A stretch of 31,226 nt of DNA from a candidate division WOR-3 bacterium (GCA_027050205.1 JALUCS010000101.1:1-31226), one strand, 5' to 3'; numbered from the stretch's first letter, positions 9,117 to 18,422 are shown. Notes: generated by a model not told the origin, from the sequence alone. Numbers and translations: made by a program.

Positions 9117-9407
9117 ATGCGAGAGTACGAAGTGGCTCTTGTTTTGAGCCCCCAGCAGAGCGACGAGGAGCAGGCTGGGTCCATAGAGAAGGTCAAGGCC
9201 TTCATAACGGAGAACGGTGGGGAGATAACGGGCGAGGAGGACTGGGGAATCCGGGAACTCGCCTACCCCATCAAGAAGCAAACGCACGGAAGGTACTACT
9301 TTATACACTTCAAGGCCCCACCACAGGTGGCCTACGACCTCAACACCCATCTAAGGCTCATGCGTACCTTCCTTAGGTATATGGTTGTTCGGAGGGACGA
9401 GGAATGA
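9117..9407 (+). CDS. rpsF: 30S ribosomal protein S6
   Basis: MREYE, WGIRELAYPIKK, G.Y motifs; canonical rpsF-ssb-rpsR-rplI order. Confidence 0.96.
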   Translation: MREYEVALVLSPQQSDEEQAGSIEKVKAFITENGGEITGEEDWGIRELAYPIKKQTHGRYYFIHFKAPPQVAYDLNTHLRLMRTFLRYMVVRRDEE

Positions 9408-9850
9408 AAGAGGAGAGAAGCCTTCGCTTACCCAACATAAACTTCGTAATACTGTCGGGGAGGTTGGTCTCCGACGCAGAGATGAGGCACACGTCCGACG
9501 GTAGGAACTTCATAAAGTTCCGTCTGGCCTCGGACACCCCCTACAAGAGCGGTGGGGAGTGGAAGAGCAACACCGTATTCATAGACGTCCTTTACTCCCT
9601 CGGTAGGAACGACCTCAACGAGGCTCTCATTCAGAGGTTGATGCGGGGGACCCCCGTCGTGGTTGAGGGGAGGCTCCGCTACAGGGAGTGGGAGAACGAG
9701 GGGAGGAAGTTCCACACGTACGAGATAAGGGCCTACAGGGTACAGGTGCTGGAGAGGACCGTCGCCCAGCGTGAAGGGGAAGTAGAGCTTTCGCAGTACG
9801 AGCCACCCTCGGAGGAGGATATAGACCTACCTCCGGAGATGCCCTTCTAA
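9404..9850 (+). CDS. ssb: Single-stranded DNA-binding protein
   Basis: INFVILSGRL, VVVEGRLRYREWE, acidic tail ending PF. Confidence 0.93.
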   Translation: MKEERSLRLPNINFVILSGRLVSDAEMRHTSDGRNFIKFRLASDTPYKSGGEWKSNTVFIDVLYSLGRNDLNEALIQRLMRGTPVVVEGRLRYREWENEGRKFHTYEIRAYRVQVLERTVAQREGEVELSQYEPPSEEDIDLPPEMPF

Positions 9851-9865
9851 GAAAGGAGGTGAAAG

Positions 9866-10063
9866 ATGCCAAGGAAGAGGAAGGAGAGGACGTTTGACTA
9901 CAAGGACGTGGAGACCCTCAAGAGGTACATATCGCCTACGGGGAAGATACTGCCCCGTAGATACACCCGCCTGACGGCCAAGGAGCAGAGGCGTCTCGCC
10001 AGAGCGATAAAGCGCGCCCGCATGTTGGCCCTCCTGCCCTTCATAAAGGAGTACGTGGTATGA
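9866..10063 (+). CDS. rpsR: 30S ribosomal protein S18 (Cys-free, short)
   Basis: [21 protein letters not shown]...[18 protein letters not shown]. Confidence 0.96.
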   Translation: MPRKRKERTFDYKDVETLKRYISPTGKILPRRYTRLTAKEQRRLARAIKRARMLALLPFIKEYVV

Positions 10064-10515
10064 AGCAGGTCAACGTCCTCCTCATCAGGGACGTCCCCAA
10101 GCTCGGTAAGGCGGGGGACATCGTGAAGGTTAAATGGGGGTACGCCAAGAACTACCTGATACCGAGGGGCTTCGCCCTTGAGGCCACCCCCTCCGTCATA
10201 AAGCAGTGGGAGAACCAGAGGAAGATGAAGGAGCTATCCCTCAAGAGGAAGAAGGGAAAGATGCAGCAAGTCGCCAAGAGGATGTCTGGGGAGAGGCTCC
10301 TGTTCGTCCTGAAGACCAACGAGGAGGGCAAGCCCTTCGGCTCCGTCTCCGCCAAGGACGTAGCCGACAAGCTCAAGGAGCTTGGATACAACGTAGACAA
10401 GTCCCAGGTGCTCTTGGAGGAGGGGATATCCGAGTTCGGTACCCACGAGGTGGAGATAAAGCTCCACCCCGAAGTCGTAGCCAAGGTGAAGGTCCGGGTA
10501 GAGCCGGAGGAGTAA
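10060..10515 (+). CDS. rplI: 50S ribosomal protein L9
   Basis: [33 protein letters not shown]. Confidence 0.96.
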   Translation: MKQVNVLLIRDVPKLGKAGDIVKVKWGYAKNYLIPRGFALEATPSVIKQWENQRKMKELSLKRKKGKMQQVAKRMSGERLLFVLKTNEEGKPFGSVSAKDVADKLKELGYNVDKSQVLLEEGISEFGTHEVEIKLHPEVVAKVKVRVEPEE

Positions 10516-10985
10516 TGAGCAACCTCGTAGAGCTTGAGGTCAAGAACGTCGCCCTCATCCAAACCGAGGGCGGGGGGATGGGTATAGCCGTACTCCTCAA
10601 GGAGAAGAACGGGAGCCGCCATCTTCCCATAATCGTGGGGCCGTTTGAGGGGAAGGCCATAAGTATGGCCCTGAACGGGGAGACCTTCAGCCGCCCCCTG
10701 ACCCACGACCTCCTGTACGAGGTGATAAAGACACTCGGTGCCAAGGTTGAAAAGGTAGTGATAAACGACCTCGTAGACGGCACCTTCTACGCCCGTCTGA
10801 TACTGAACCGCGAAGGGCAGACCTACAGCATAGACGCCCGCCCCTCCGATGCTATGGCCGTAGCCCTAAGGGCCGGCGCCCCTATCTTCGCCAGCTCAAC
10901 GGTTATGGATACGGCCTCGGAGTACCTACCGGACCTAGAGGAAGGGGAAGAGGGTTGGGAGGGGGGTGGGGAGCTGGGCGGATAG
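10515..10985 (+). CDS. Bifunctional nuclease family protein (DUF151/BFN)
   Basis: LPIIVGPFE..AI, RPLTHDL, GTFYA, IDARPSDA.A.ALR. True start is ATG 10515, overlapping the rplI stop (not 10206). Confidence 0.9.
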   Translation: MSNLVELEVKNVALIQTEGGGMGIAVLLKEKNGSRHLPIIVGPFEGKAISMALNGETFSRPLTHDLLYEVIKTLGAKVEKVVINDLVDGTFYARLILNREGQTYSIDARPSDAMAVALRAGAPIFASSTVMDTASEYLPDLEEGEEGWEGGGELGG

Positions 10986-10986
10986 C

Positions 10987-11445
10987 ATGCTCCTCCTCTT
11001 CGCCCTCCCCCCCAACGATATAGAGATCCTCTACGCCGCCGTCGACAGTGCCTGTAGTGGGAGATGCGTCTTTTCAACGAGGACGTTCGTTGTCGGTGAG
11101 GGGGTTCCCCGGTCCCTGTCCGACTACCTCCTCCTCCGCTATACCGACACCTCCCTATCCTGCACGACCAAAGTGAACGTGGCCGACGCCCGCGTCGTAT
11201 ATAGGCGAAATCTCTGGGGTATAGAGCGGATAGCCTCCTTTAGGGCTATAGTTTCCGGATGCGGCTTCTCCGGGGACGTAAGCGGTACCTACCGCGACCG
11301 CATATCCCCGTCGGACGTAGAAGTGGTTAAGGTGGAAGGGGTGTCCCCACCGGAGCCTCCCCCCGGAGGGACGTTGGAGATGCTCGTCTCCGCCGCCGTC
11401 GTCTTTGGCGTCCTTTACGCTTTCTACACCATAGAGGGGAGGTGA
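10987..11445 (+). CDS. Hypothetical exported protein with C-terminal membrane anchor
   Basis: Fills the gap between neighbouring genes; short hydrophobic N-terminus MLLLFAL, Pro-rich linker, C-terminal hydrophobic helix. Confidence 0.6.
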   Translation: MLLLFALPPNDIEILYAAVDSACSGRCVFSTRTFVVGEGVPRSLSDYLLLRYTDTSLSCTTKVNVADARVVYRRNLWGIERIASFRAIVSGCGFSGDVSGTYRDRISPSDVEVVKVEGVSPPEPPPGGTLEMLVSAAVVFGVLYAFYTIEGR

Positions 11446-11449
11446 GGTT

Positions 11450-11731
11450 ATGGTCTTCAAGTACACGGCGAAGATAACCCTTTCTATGGAAGGGGACTAC
11501 GTCCTTGAGATACCGGCCATAAGGGGCATAAGGGTGAAGAGCGTCAGCCTCCCCGAAGCCATCCAGAGGGGGGAGGTGGAGTTGAGGCGGTACCTTGAGG
11601 AGCAGTTGAGGTACGGGGAGAGCATACCGGAGGACGTCCCGGAGATAAGCATAAGGACGGACGACATAAGCGAGGTGATAGTCCTGAAGCTCGTCGTTAT
11701 GATAGACGAGGGCGGATTCATAAGGGCATGA
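11450..11731 (+). CDS. HicB-like antitoxin N-terminal domain protein
   Basis: Y...I.....GDY....P.I.G......SL.EA......L..YL......GE.IP pattern; RBS GGAGGTGAGG. Confidence 0.65.
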   Translation: MVFKYTAKITLSMEGDYVLEIPAIRGIRVKSVSLPEAIQRGEVELRRYLEEQLRYGESIPEDVPEISIRTDDISEVIVLKLVVMIDEGGFIRA

Positions 11732-12759
11732 GGATCCTCCTCCTTGGAGACGCCTCCTCTTACCACACCCACAGGTGGGCGGAGTCCCTCCGTAGGGAGG
11801 GGTACGACGTCCTTACCCTATCCTTGGAGCCTGCGAGGGGAGGGGAGGCCATCGTCCTCTCCGACGGTTGGGGGGGAAAGCTCAAGTACGTCCTCTCCGT
11901 ACCCCGCGTTAGGGAGGTGGCCAAGGGGTTCGAGCCGGAGGTAGTCTTCGCCCACTTCCTCCCGAACTACGGCCTCATAGGGGCCTTCCTGAAGGCGAAG
12001 GTTAAGGTCCTCGCCCTGTGGGGGTCGGACATACTCTACTGGGCCTTCAAGACCCCTCTCCACCGCTCCCTCGCCGGGCGGATACTCAAGGCTTACGATC
12101 TGGTCGTGGCGGACGCCGGTTTCATCGTAGATATCCTTAGGAAGGACTTCGGTTTCCCCCCAGATAGGGTGGTAGTTATCCCCTTCGGTGTGGGGGAGGA
12201 GGTCAGGAGACTCCCCCTGAAGGACCTACCCCGTTCCCCGCTACACTTCGTCTCCCTGCGGAGGCACGAGCCACTCTTCAACCACTACGAGATTCTGGAG
12301 TTCCTATCCATCCTCAGCAGGGAGATGCCTATACGGGTCACTTACCTCCAGACCGGAAACCTGACACCGGAGATAAGGGAGAGGGCCAGGGGCCTCGGCT
12401 TAAACATAAACTTTACGGGGAGCCTCGGCTACGAGGATTACCTGAACGTCCTTAGGGAGGCCCACTTCTGCCTGTCCGTACCCGACAGGGACGCCTCCTC
12501 CGTCTCCCTCCTTGAGTGTATGGCACTCGGCGGTGTTCCCATAGCTTCGGACATACCGGCCAACAGGGAGTGGTTAGACGAGGAGAGGGGGATACTCTCC
12601 CCTCCGAAGGCGAGGGAAATGTACGAGCGATTCAAACGAACCTTCACCTTCCCGTGGTGGGAGAGGGCGCGCCTATTAAACCGCTCCCTTATCCTACAAA
12701 GGTGCAACTGGGAGGAGAACCTCCACCGCTTCCTGTCTCTCCTTGAGGCCCGCCTCTAA
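11728..12759 (+). CDS. Glycosyltransferase family 4
   Basis: MRILLLGD..S.HT.RW, WGSDI, PFGV, D-x7-E (DASSVSLLE)CMALG..PIASD.PANREW. Confidence 0.85.
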   Translation: MRILLLGDASSYHTHRWAESLRREGYDVLTLSLEPARGGEAIVLSDGWGGKLKYVLSVPRVREVAKGFEPEVVFAHFLPNYGLIGAFLKAKVKVLALWGSDILYWAFKTPLHRSLAGRILKAYDLVVADAGFIVDILRKDFGFPPDRVVVIPFGVGEEVRRLPLKDLPRSPLHFVSLRRHEPLFNHYEILEFLSILSREMPIRVTYLQTGNLTPEIRERARGLGLNINFTGSLGYEDYLNVLREAHFCLSVPDRDASSVSLLECMALGGVPIASDIPANREWLDEERGILSPPKAREMYERFKRTFTFPWWERARLLNRSLILQRCNWEENLHRFLSLLEARL

Positions 12760-14630
12760 CCCTCCTTTTGGGCCTGCTGGTACTCGGCTATCACCCTCTC
12801 CTGTACGTTCTTGGGTGCCTCTTCGTAGTGGGAGAAGCGGTAGGTCAGGTCGGTGCGACCCTTGGTTATGGACCTCAAGGGAACTATCAGGTCGTAGACG
12901 TTCTCAAGGGGTACGAGGGCCTTTATCCTCTGGTAGCCCTTCCTCTCGGCCGGCTCAAACCCCATAACCCTGCCGCGGCGGGAGTTTATCTCGCCCATCA
13001 CGTCCCCCAAGTTCTCTTCCGGCACCAGTATCTCCACCTCGTAGAAAGGCTCAAGGATGTAGGGGTCGGCCTTCTCGGCGGCGTTCTTGAAGGCGAGCTT
13101 GCCGGCCATCTCAAAGGCGAAGTTGGAGGAATCTACGGGGTGGTGCTTACCGTCGTACAGCTCCACCTTGACGTTCACGACGGGGTAGCCGGCTATGACG
13201 CCCTCGGCCATGGCCTTCTTTATGCCGGTCTCAACCGAGGGGATGTACTCCTTGGGTATGGCGCCGCCGAAGATGGAGTTTATGAACTCGTACTCCTTAT
13301 CTCTGGGTAGAGGCTCTATGCGGATGTTGGCGATGGCGTACTGACCGCGGCCTCCGGTCTGCTTCTTTATCTTACCCTCGGCCTCGGCCTTCTTGCGTAT
13401 GGTCTCACGGTAGGGGATCCTGGGTCTGGTCAGCTCCACCTCTACGCCGAACTTACCCTTCAGGCGGGAGATTATGGCGTTCACATGGGTGGCGCCCTGG
13501 GCCTTCAGGAGGTGCTGGTGGAGCTCGGCGTTGTACTCGTAGGAGAAGGACCTGTCCTCCCGCCCAAGGCGGTGCATAGCATCGGATATCTTCTCCTCGG
13601 AGGCCCTGCCCTTCGGGCTGATGGCCACCACGTAGGGTTTGAAGGGGTCGGGAAGGAACTCGTACTCAAACTCCACGTCCCCCGCCGTCAGGATGTCTCC
13701 CACCTCGGCATCCCTTAACTTAGGCAGGACGACGAAGTCCCCGGCGAGGATCTCCTCCACTTCCTCCCTGTTCTTTCCGAGGGGTACGTATATGTGGGAG
13801 AGCTTCTCCACCGTCCCCGTCCGCCTGTTCTTCAGCTCCATCCCCTTCGTTATCTTGCCGAAGACCCTGCCGTAGAACTGCTCCCCCATAGAGGGGTCAA
13901 AGGAGGCCTTGAAGATGACCACGGCGGGTACCTCCTCGCCCTCGTATCCGGGGACCACACCCTTGATGTACTCGTAGAAGTTCTTGACGTCCTCGTCCCC
14001 ATCTACGAAGAGGACGGGGTGGATGTTCGGGGACCTCAAGGCCTGGTCTATCACCTTCCTTATCTCCTCCTCGCTCACCTCCCCCTCCTCTAAGTACTTC
14101 TCAAGGAGGGCGTCGTCAAAGGATATGATCTCCTCCTTCAGCTCCTCGCTCATGTTGTCCAAGGTGGGAGGAGTTCCCGGCTCGGCGAAGATCTGGGCCT
14201 TCCCTCCGGTTAGGGCCTTTATGGACTCAAGGGTCTTCTGCCAGTCGCCGGAGGAGTACTGGGTTATGACGAAGGAGGAGGGGATACCGAACCGCTTGGC
14301 CGTCAGGTAGGCATGCTCAACGCTCGCATCTACCTCACTCCCGGCCTTCAGGAATATGAAGGCAGTATCCGCCATACGGATACCGAGGTCGCTCTGATAG
14401 AAGAACTCTATGAATCCGGGGGTATCCAACAGGTGGACGTGGGCGTCAGGCTCCATTACCGAGAAGACCTTTAGGGTGGTGGTTGAGCCTCGCTCCTGCT
14501 CGTCCGGCTCGTAGTCCAAATACTTCGTATCCGCCTTGGGAATCTTCTTCAGCATAGCGAGGATTCTGGCCACAGTGTAGGTTTTACCGGACAGAGGTTG
14601 CCCTGCAAAGGCGACGGCTTTACTCTTCAT
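12756..14630 (-). CDS. Elongation factor G paralog (EF-G2-like) with degenerate G-domain
   Basis: IPYRETI, KKQTGGRGQY, GGAIPKEYIPSVE.G, YDGKHH.VDSS..AF, ILEP, G.VMG.INSRRG. Start at ATG 14630 (MKSKAVAF), 7 nt after TAGAAT. Confidence 0.9.
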   Translation of the reverse strand: MKSKAVAFAGQPLSGKTYTVARILAMLKKIPKADTKYLDYEPDEQERGSTTTLKVFSVMEPDAHVHLLDTPGFIEFFYQSDLGIRMADTAFIFLKAGSEVDASVEHAYLTAKRFGIPSSFVITQYSSGDWQKTLESIKALTGGKAQIFAEPGTPPTLDNMSEELKEEIISFDDALLEKYLEEGEVSEEEIRKVIDQALRSPNIHPVLFVDGDEDVKNFYEYIKGVVPGYEGEEVPAVVIFKASFDPSMGEQFYGRVFGKITKGMELKNRRTGTVEKLSHIYVPLGKNREEVEEILAGDFVVLPKLRDAEVGDILTAGDVEFEYEFLPDPFKPYVVAISPKGRASEEKISDAMHRLGREDRSFSYEYNAELHQHLLKAQGATHVNAIISRLKGKFGVEVELTRPRIPYRETIRKKAEAEGKIKKQTGGRGQYAIANIRIEPLPRDKEYEFINSIFGGAIPKEYIPSVETGIKKAMAEGVIAGYPVVNVKVELYDGKHHPVDSSNFAFEMAGKLAFKNAAEKADPYILEPFYEVEILVPEENLGDVMGEINSRRGRVMGFEPAERKGYQRIKALVPLENVYDLIVPLRSITKGRTDLTYRFSHYEEAPKNVQERVIAEYQQAQKEG

Positions 14631-14750
14631 AGGGGCTATTCTATCCCCGTAAGCCGTCCATCGTGGTGGCCATCCGGCATAGGTACGTCCCCCGCCTCCG
14701 GCCCAACGCCCCGTTTGAAAGGTGCGATCCTCCACTGCCCGCCGTTAGAC

Positions 14751-14788
14751 TGTTGCACTTTTCAACGTATTTATGTAAAAGTGAGACA
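14751..14788. repeat. 38-bp imperfect palindrome, copy A
   Basis: TGTTGCACTTTTCAAC-GTATTT-ATGTAAAAGTGAGACA; 31/38 identical to 30309-30346. Confidence 0.85.
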
Positions 14789-15314
14789 CTCCCTCGCACC
14801 GAAGGTGGGCCACGGAGATGCCGTTGGAATTTCGGTTTTTGAAGGTGAGCGGGTCGTAGGTGGGCCACCTGTCGGTTCTGTTGATATGTTTCCATAATTT
14901 TGTACAAAAATTGTTATCTATGCTTATTCGTTGCAAGAAACTGCGATTTTACTGTATTAAAATTGATAGAAATGCACCCCATCTCCTGCCCGGAGTCCCT
15001 CTCGTGCGTCCGTTTAAAAAATCTTGAACTCATTCTTTAGAAATTGCTAATCCCTATTTCAGAAATGTAAAACGTTGCTTTCGTAAAATTGAAAGCCTAT
15101 GTTCAAAATCCCAGCATCTTATCCCCTCATCGGCGGAATACCTAAACTTTTAATGCGATTTATCTCCGATACTGTGCAAATAGGGATCACAACGATTCAG
15201 ATCGTCGCCTCCGATTTTGGGAAGTCCGGACGGGCATCACAATATTCCAGTAATCCGAAAAAATCTGCAACAATTCTCTGTTAGACTCAAAATTTCCCCG
15301 TTATAGTGCGCCCC

Positions 15315-16226
15315 TTAGGCCTTTTCAAACATAGCTATGAAGAAACCCTCCGTATCCGTCCGGTGGGGATAGAATCGCCTCGTGCCGGGTATGGCCCCTT
15401 CTATCTCCCCTATGCCAACCTCCGGGACGGGGACGAGGGTCGCCCCGCTCTCCCTTAGGAACCTCTCCACCACCCCCTCGTTCTCCTCGTAGGTGATGGT
15501 GCAGGTGGAATACACGAGCCTGCCACCGGGTTTGAGCATCTCCCATCCAGCAAGGAGTAGGCGGTACTGGACGCGGCTGTAGGCCTTGACGTCCTTTGGG
15601 GACCACCACAGGGCTACCTCCGGGTTCTTGTGGAGGGTACCGACGGAGGAGCAGGGGGCGTCTACCAGGACGTAGTCGTAGTACTCCCGGTAGAAACGGA
15701 CGAGTTTTTCCCCTTTGTATATGCTCACGACGACGTTCAGGCTCCCCATCCTCTCCACGTTGTTCACGAGGGCCTTGGCCCTGTCCATAGAGGCGTCGTT
15801 GGCGAAAACCATCCCCGTGTTCCCCATAAGGGCGGAGAGTAGGGTGGTCTTGGAGCCGGGGGCGGCGGCTATGTCCAAGACGAAGGAGTGGGGACGGGGG
15901 TTGAGGAGGTGGGCGGGGAGCATGGAGGCGAGGTCTTGAACGTAGTAGTATCCGAGGAAGTGTTCAAGGGTTTTTCCCATCTCCGAAGGATAGCGGAGAA
16001 CCCGAAAGGCGTAGGGCAGTACCGTCCCCTCCAATACGAAACCCTTGGCCTCCAACCTATCCCTTAGGGCCTCCGGGGTTATCTTCAGGGTGTTGGCCCG
16101 GATGTAGGGGCGGTAGGAGGGGGAGGTGATGTATCGGACGTACTCGTCGTACTCCTCCCCCAGTACGTCCCTTATGGCCGCCCAGAGGCTCCTGTTTCTC
16201 TCAAGGTACTCCCTCTTGATGGCCAT
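15315..16226 (-). CDS. RsmB/NOP-family RNA m5C methyltransferase (RsmF-like)
   Basis: YVQDLASM, DIAAAPGSKT, VDAPCS, VYSTCT...ENE, EGFFIA. Confidence 0.92.
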   Translation of the reverse strand: MAIKREYLERNRSLWAAIRDVLGEEYDEYVRYITSPSYRPYIRANTLKITPEALRDRLEAKGFVLEGTVLPYAFRVLRYPSEMGKTLEHFLGYYYVQDLASMLPAHLLNPRPHSFVLDIAAAPGSKTTLLSALMGNTGMVFANDASMDRAKALVNNVERMGSLNVVVSIYKGEKLVRFYREYYDYVLVDAPCSSVGTLHKNPEVALWWSPKDVKAYSRVQYRLLLAGWEMLKPGGRLVYSTCTITYEENEGVVERFLRESGATLVPVPEVGIGEIEGAIPGTRRFYPHRTDTEGFFIAMFEKA

Positions 16227-16229
16227 CCC

Positions 16230-18422
16230 TCACTTGAGCCTCACGTCGTACTCCATCCTGTACAGAAGCTGGAGGCCCTCCGGCGGCGTTATCTTGAGGA
16301 GGCTCTTCTTACCCATCAGGTCCTTCACCTTGTCCATCGTACCCTTGGGCTTCGGATAGACCACCACATCGTACTCCTTCACCTTGGCCTTCTCGGCGGC
16401 GAGGGCTACGGCGTCAAGGATGCCTCCGTAAGCGTCCACCAAACCTATATTGCGGGCGTCGTATCCCGTCCAGACCCTACCACCGCCGATGGCCTTGACG
16501 GAGTCGGGGGAGAGGCCCCTGCCCTTAGATACGACGGAGACGAAGTCCTCATACACGGCCTCTATCATCCTCCTCACTTCCCGCACCTCCGTGGAGTCCA
16601 TCTCCCTCCACAGGGACCAGGCGTCGCTGAAGGGGTAGGTCTTGACGACGTCCCTGTTCAGGTGGAGCTTGTTCCTGTAGAAGTCCCGCAGGACGAACTT
16701 CGCCCCTATCACCCCTATGGAACCGGTCAGGGTGGTGCGGTCCGCGAGGATGGTGTCGGCGAGGGCGGAGATGTAGTATCCACCGGAGGCGGCTACGCTC
16801 CCCATGGAGACTATAACGGGCTTCTCCTTAGATAGGAGGGAGACGGCGCGGGCTATGTTGTCCGATGCGAGGGCGCTCCCTCCGGGGGAATTCACCCGCA
16901 GTACTACAGCCTTTACGCTCTTGTCCTTGCGGAGTTTGTTCAGGATCTTGACCAGCGTCCTGTCGCCGATGGTCTTACCGCCGAAGAGGGGGATGGGGTT
17001 GTAGGAGCTTTCACCGCTGACTATGCCCCCCTCGGCCACGACGACGGCTATCTTGGGCCTGTCCTCCTTCCACTCCCTCCTATTCACCTTCACTACCTTG
17101 ACCTTCCTGCCCTTCTCCTTCAGGAGTTTCCTCCACTGGTCCTCGTAGATGATGCTGTCTATTAGACCGAGTTTCTTCGCCTCCTTGGGGAGGAATACGC
17201 CGAGGTGTCCCTTTATGAGGGAGTTGAGGGAGTCGGGGTCCATACCCCTGCCCTCAGCGACGTCCTTGAGCCAGATGCCCCATACGACTTCCAACATCCG
17301 GCGGTACTGCTCCCGGTTCTCCTCCGACATCGTATCCCTCACGAAGGGTTCCATAGCCGACTTGTACTTACCCACCCGGAAGAGTTGCACCTTTATGCCG
17401 AGGGAGTCAAAGGTCCTCTTGAAGAAGGTTAGCTCGGCGGATAGGCCGGGGAAGGCCATCTCCCCCGCCGGGGCCAGATAGACCTTGCCGACGGAGGCCA
17501 CGTAGTACGAGGCGGTGGAGTAGCCGTCGGAGAAGGATAGGACCTCCTTACCCTTCGCCTTTGCCTCTTTCAGGAGGTTGCGTAGCTCCTCCGCCTGGGC
17601 CATAGAGAGGCCGAAGTTCCGCATATCAAGGGCTATGATCTTGACGTTGGGGGACTCAACCGCCTCCTTCACCTCCTTTATGAAATCGTAGAACTTCTTT
17701 CCTTTGCTAAGGAAACCCTGCCTCCCATCTTCGGTGTAGGAGCTTACCTTAACCTCGTACCTACCCTCCTTGAGGGAGGGGGTGAAGTAGGACTCGGAGA
17801 GGAGAAGGCCGAAGGCCTTTGAGACGGAGGAGGCGGCACCTCCCAGACGGAGCTTGCCGAAGGCCACCTCAAGGCCGGCTCCAAGGGTGTAGGTTTTGAG
17901 GTCGGGGGAGCGGGCTTCCAGACGGAGGCCCACATAGGGTAGGGGCTGGAGGAAGAGGCCAAAGGATGGGGATGCCCCCGCCAGTTCCCGGACGTCCGTA
18001 CCGTCCGTTAGGTCAAGTTTGGTGTAGTACGAACCGGCGTACAGGGTTAGGATATCCTTGAAGGGACGCAGGCCGACGCCGAGGCCCACCCCTTCCTTAC
18101 CTTCAACGACGGCACCGACGGAGAGGAAGGAGGTAGGGCGGAGGAGGAACCCCGCTCTCCAGCGGTTGTTGAGGGGGTCGTAGTCCCCGCCGAGGGAGAG
18201 GGGGCCGCCCTTGAAGGCGGAGGCGAGGCTAAAGTACTGCCCCCCGGAGTCCCGAACGTAGCCGAACCCGAACCCCTTAAAGGCGAGGTTTAGGCCGTAA
18301 GCCCCGCCGGCGTAGAAAGCCATAAACTCCCCGCTTCCGTAGGCCAAACCTGCGGGGTTGTTGAGCGAATTGGCGCCGTAGCTCAAGGCAACCGAGGAAA
18401 GCTCAAAAAAGGGGTAGAACAT
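16230..18422 (-). CDS. sppA: Signal peptide peptidase SppA (tandem S49) with N-terminal beta-barrel-like extension
   Basis: GKYKSA.EP (Lys), RVNSPGGSA.AS, AASGGYY (Ser), TGSIGV, GGRVWTG; first ~215 aa are Gly/aromatic beta-strands starting NNPAGLA. Confidence 0.88.
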   Translation of the reverse strand: MFYPFFELSSVALSYGANSLNNPAGLAYGSGEFMAFYAGGAYGLNLAFKGFGFGYVRDSGGQYFSLASAFKGGPLSLGGDYDPLNNRWRAGFLLRPTSFLSVGAVVEGKEGVGLGVGLRPFKDILTLYAGSYYTKLDLTDGTDVRELAGASPSFGLFLQPLPYVGLRLEARSPDLKTYTLGAGLEVAFGKLRLGGAASSVSKAFGLLLSESYFTPSLKEGRYEVKVSSYTEDGRQGFLSKGKKFYDFIKEVKEAVESPNVKIIALDMRNFGLSMAQAEELRNLLKEAKAKGKEVLSFSDGYSTASYYVASVGKVYLAPAGEMAFPGLSAELTFFKRTFDSLGIKVQLFRVGKYKSAMEPFVRDTMSEENREQYRRMLEVVWGIWLKDVAEGRGMDPDSLNSLIKGHLGVFLPKEAKKLGLIDSIIYEDQWRKLLKEKGRKVKVVKVNRREWKEDRPKIAVVVAEGGIVSGESSYNPIPLFGGKTIGDRTLVKILNKLRKDKSVKAVVLRVNSPGGSALASDNIARAVSLLSKEKPVIVSMGSVAASGGYYISALADTILADRTTLTGSIGVIGAKFVLRDFYRNKLHLNRDVVKTYPFSDAWSLWREMDSTEVREVRRMIEAVYEDFVSVVSKGRGLSPDSVKAIGGGRVWTGYDARNIGLVDAYGGILDAVALAAEKAKVKEYDVVVYPKPKGTMDKVKDLMGKKSLLKITPPEGLQLLYRMEYDVRLK

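Noticed and set aside
8244..9868. Identical 16-mer AAGGAGGTGAAAGATG before the 8257 gene and rpsR
   Set aside because: Explained as a full anti-SD match plus start codon, not a mobile repeat.
14754..14781. Possible chromosomal dif site (TTATGTAAAAG resembles a XerD arm, and gene orientation converges near 12.76 kb)
   Set aside because: The left arm does not fit XerC at 6-bp spacing, the true symmetry centre is shifted, and copy B lacks TTATGTAAA. Kept only as part of the palindrome finding.
14713..15095. CRISPR-like (A/G)TTGAAA(G) words
   Set aside because: No regularly spaced repeat-spacer array and no cas genes.
14641..15284. Small ORFs in the AT-rich tracts (14641-14907, 14745-14936, 15099-15284; also 29756-29947, 30035-30259)
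   Set aside because: No recognisable motifs, atypical codon usage, and no convincing -10/start or RBS geometry.
14880..15310. oriC candidate (AT-rich, TTATC-like words; also 30000-30240)
   Set aside because: No TTATCCACA match with at most one mismatch noticed, and no dnaA/dnaN context.
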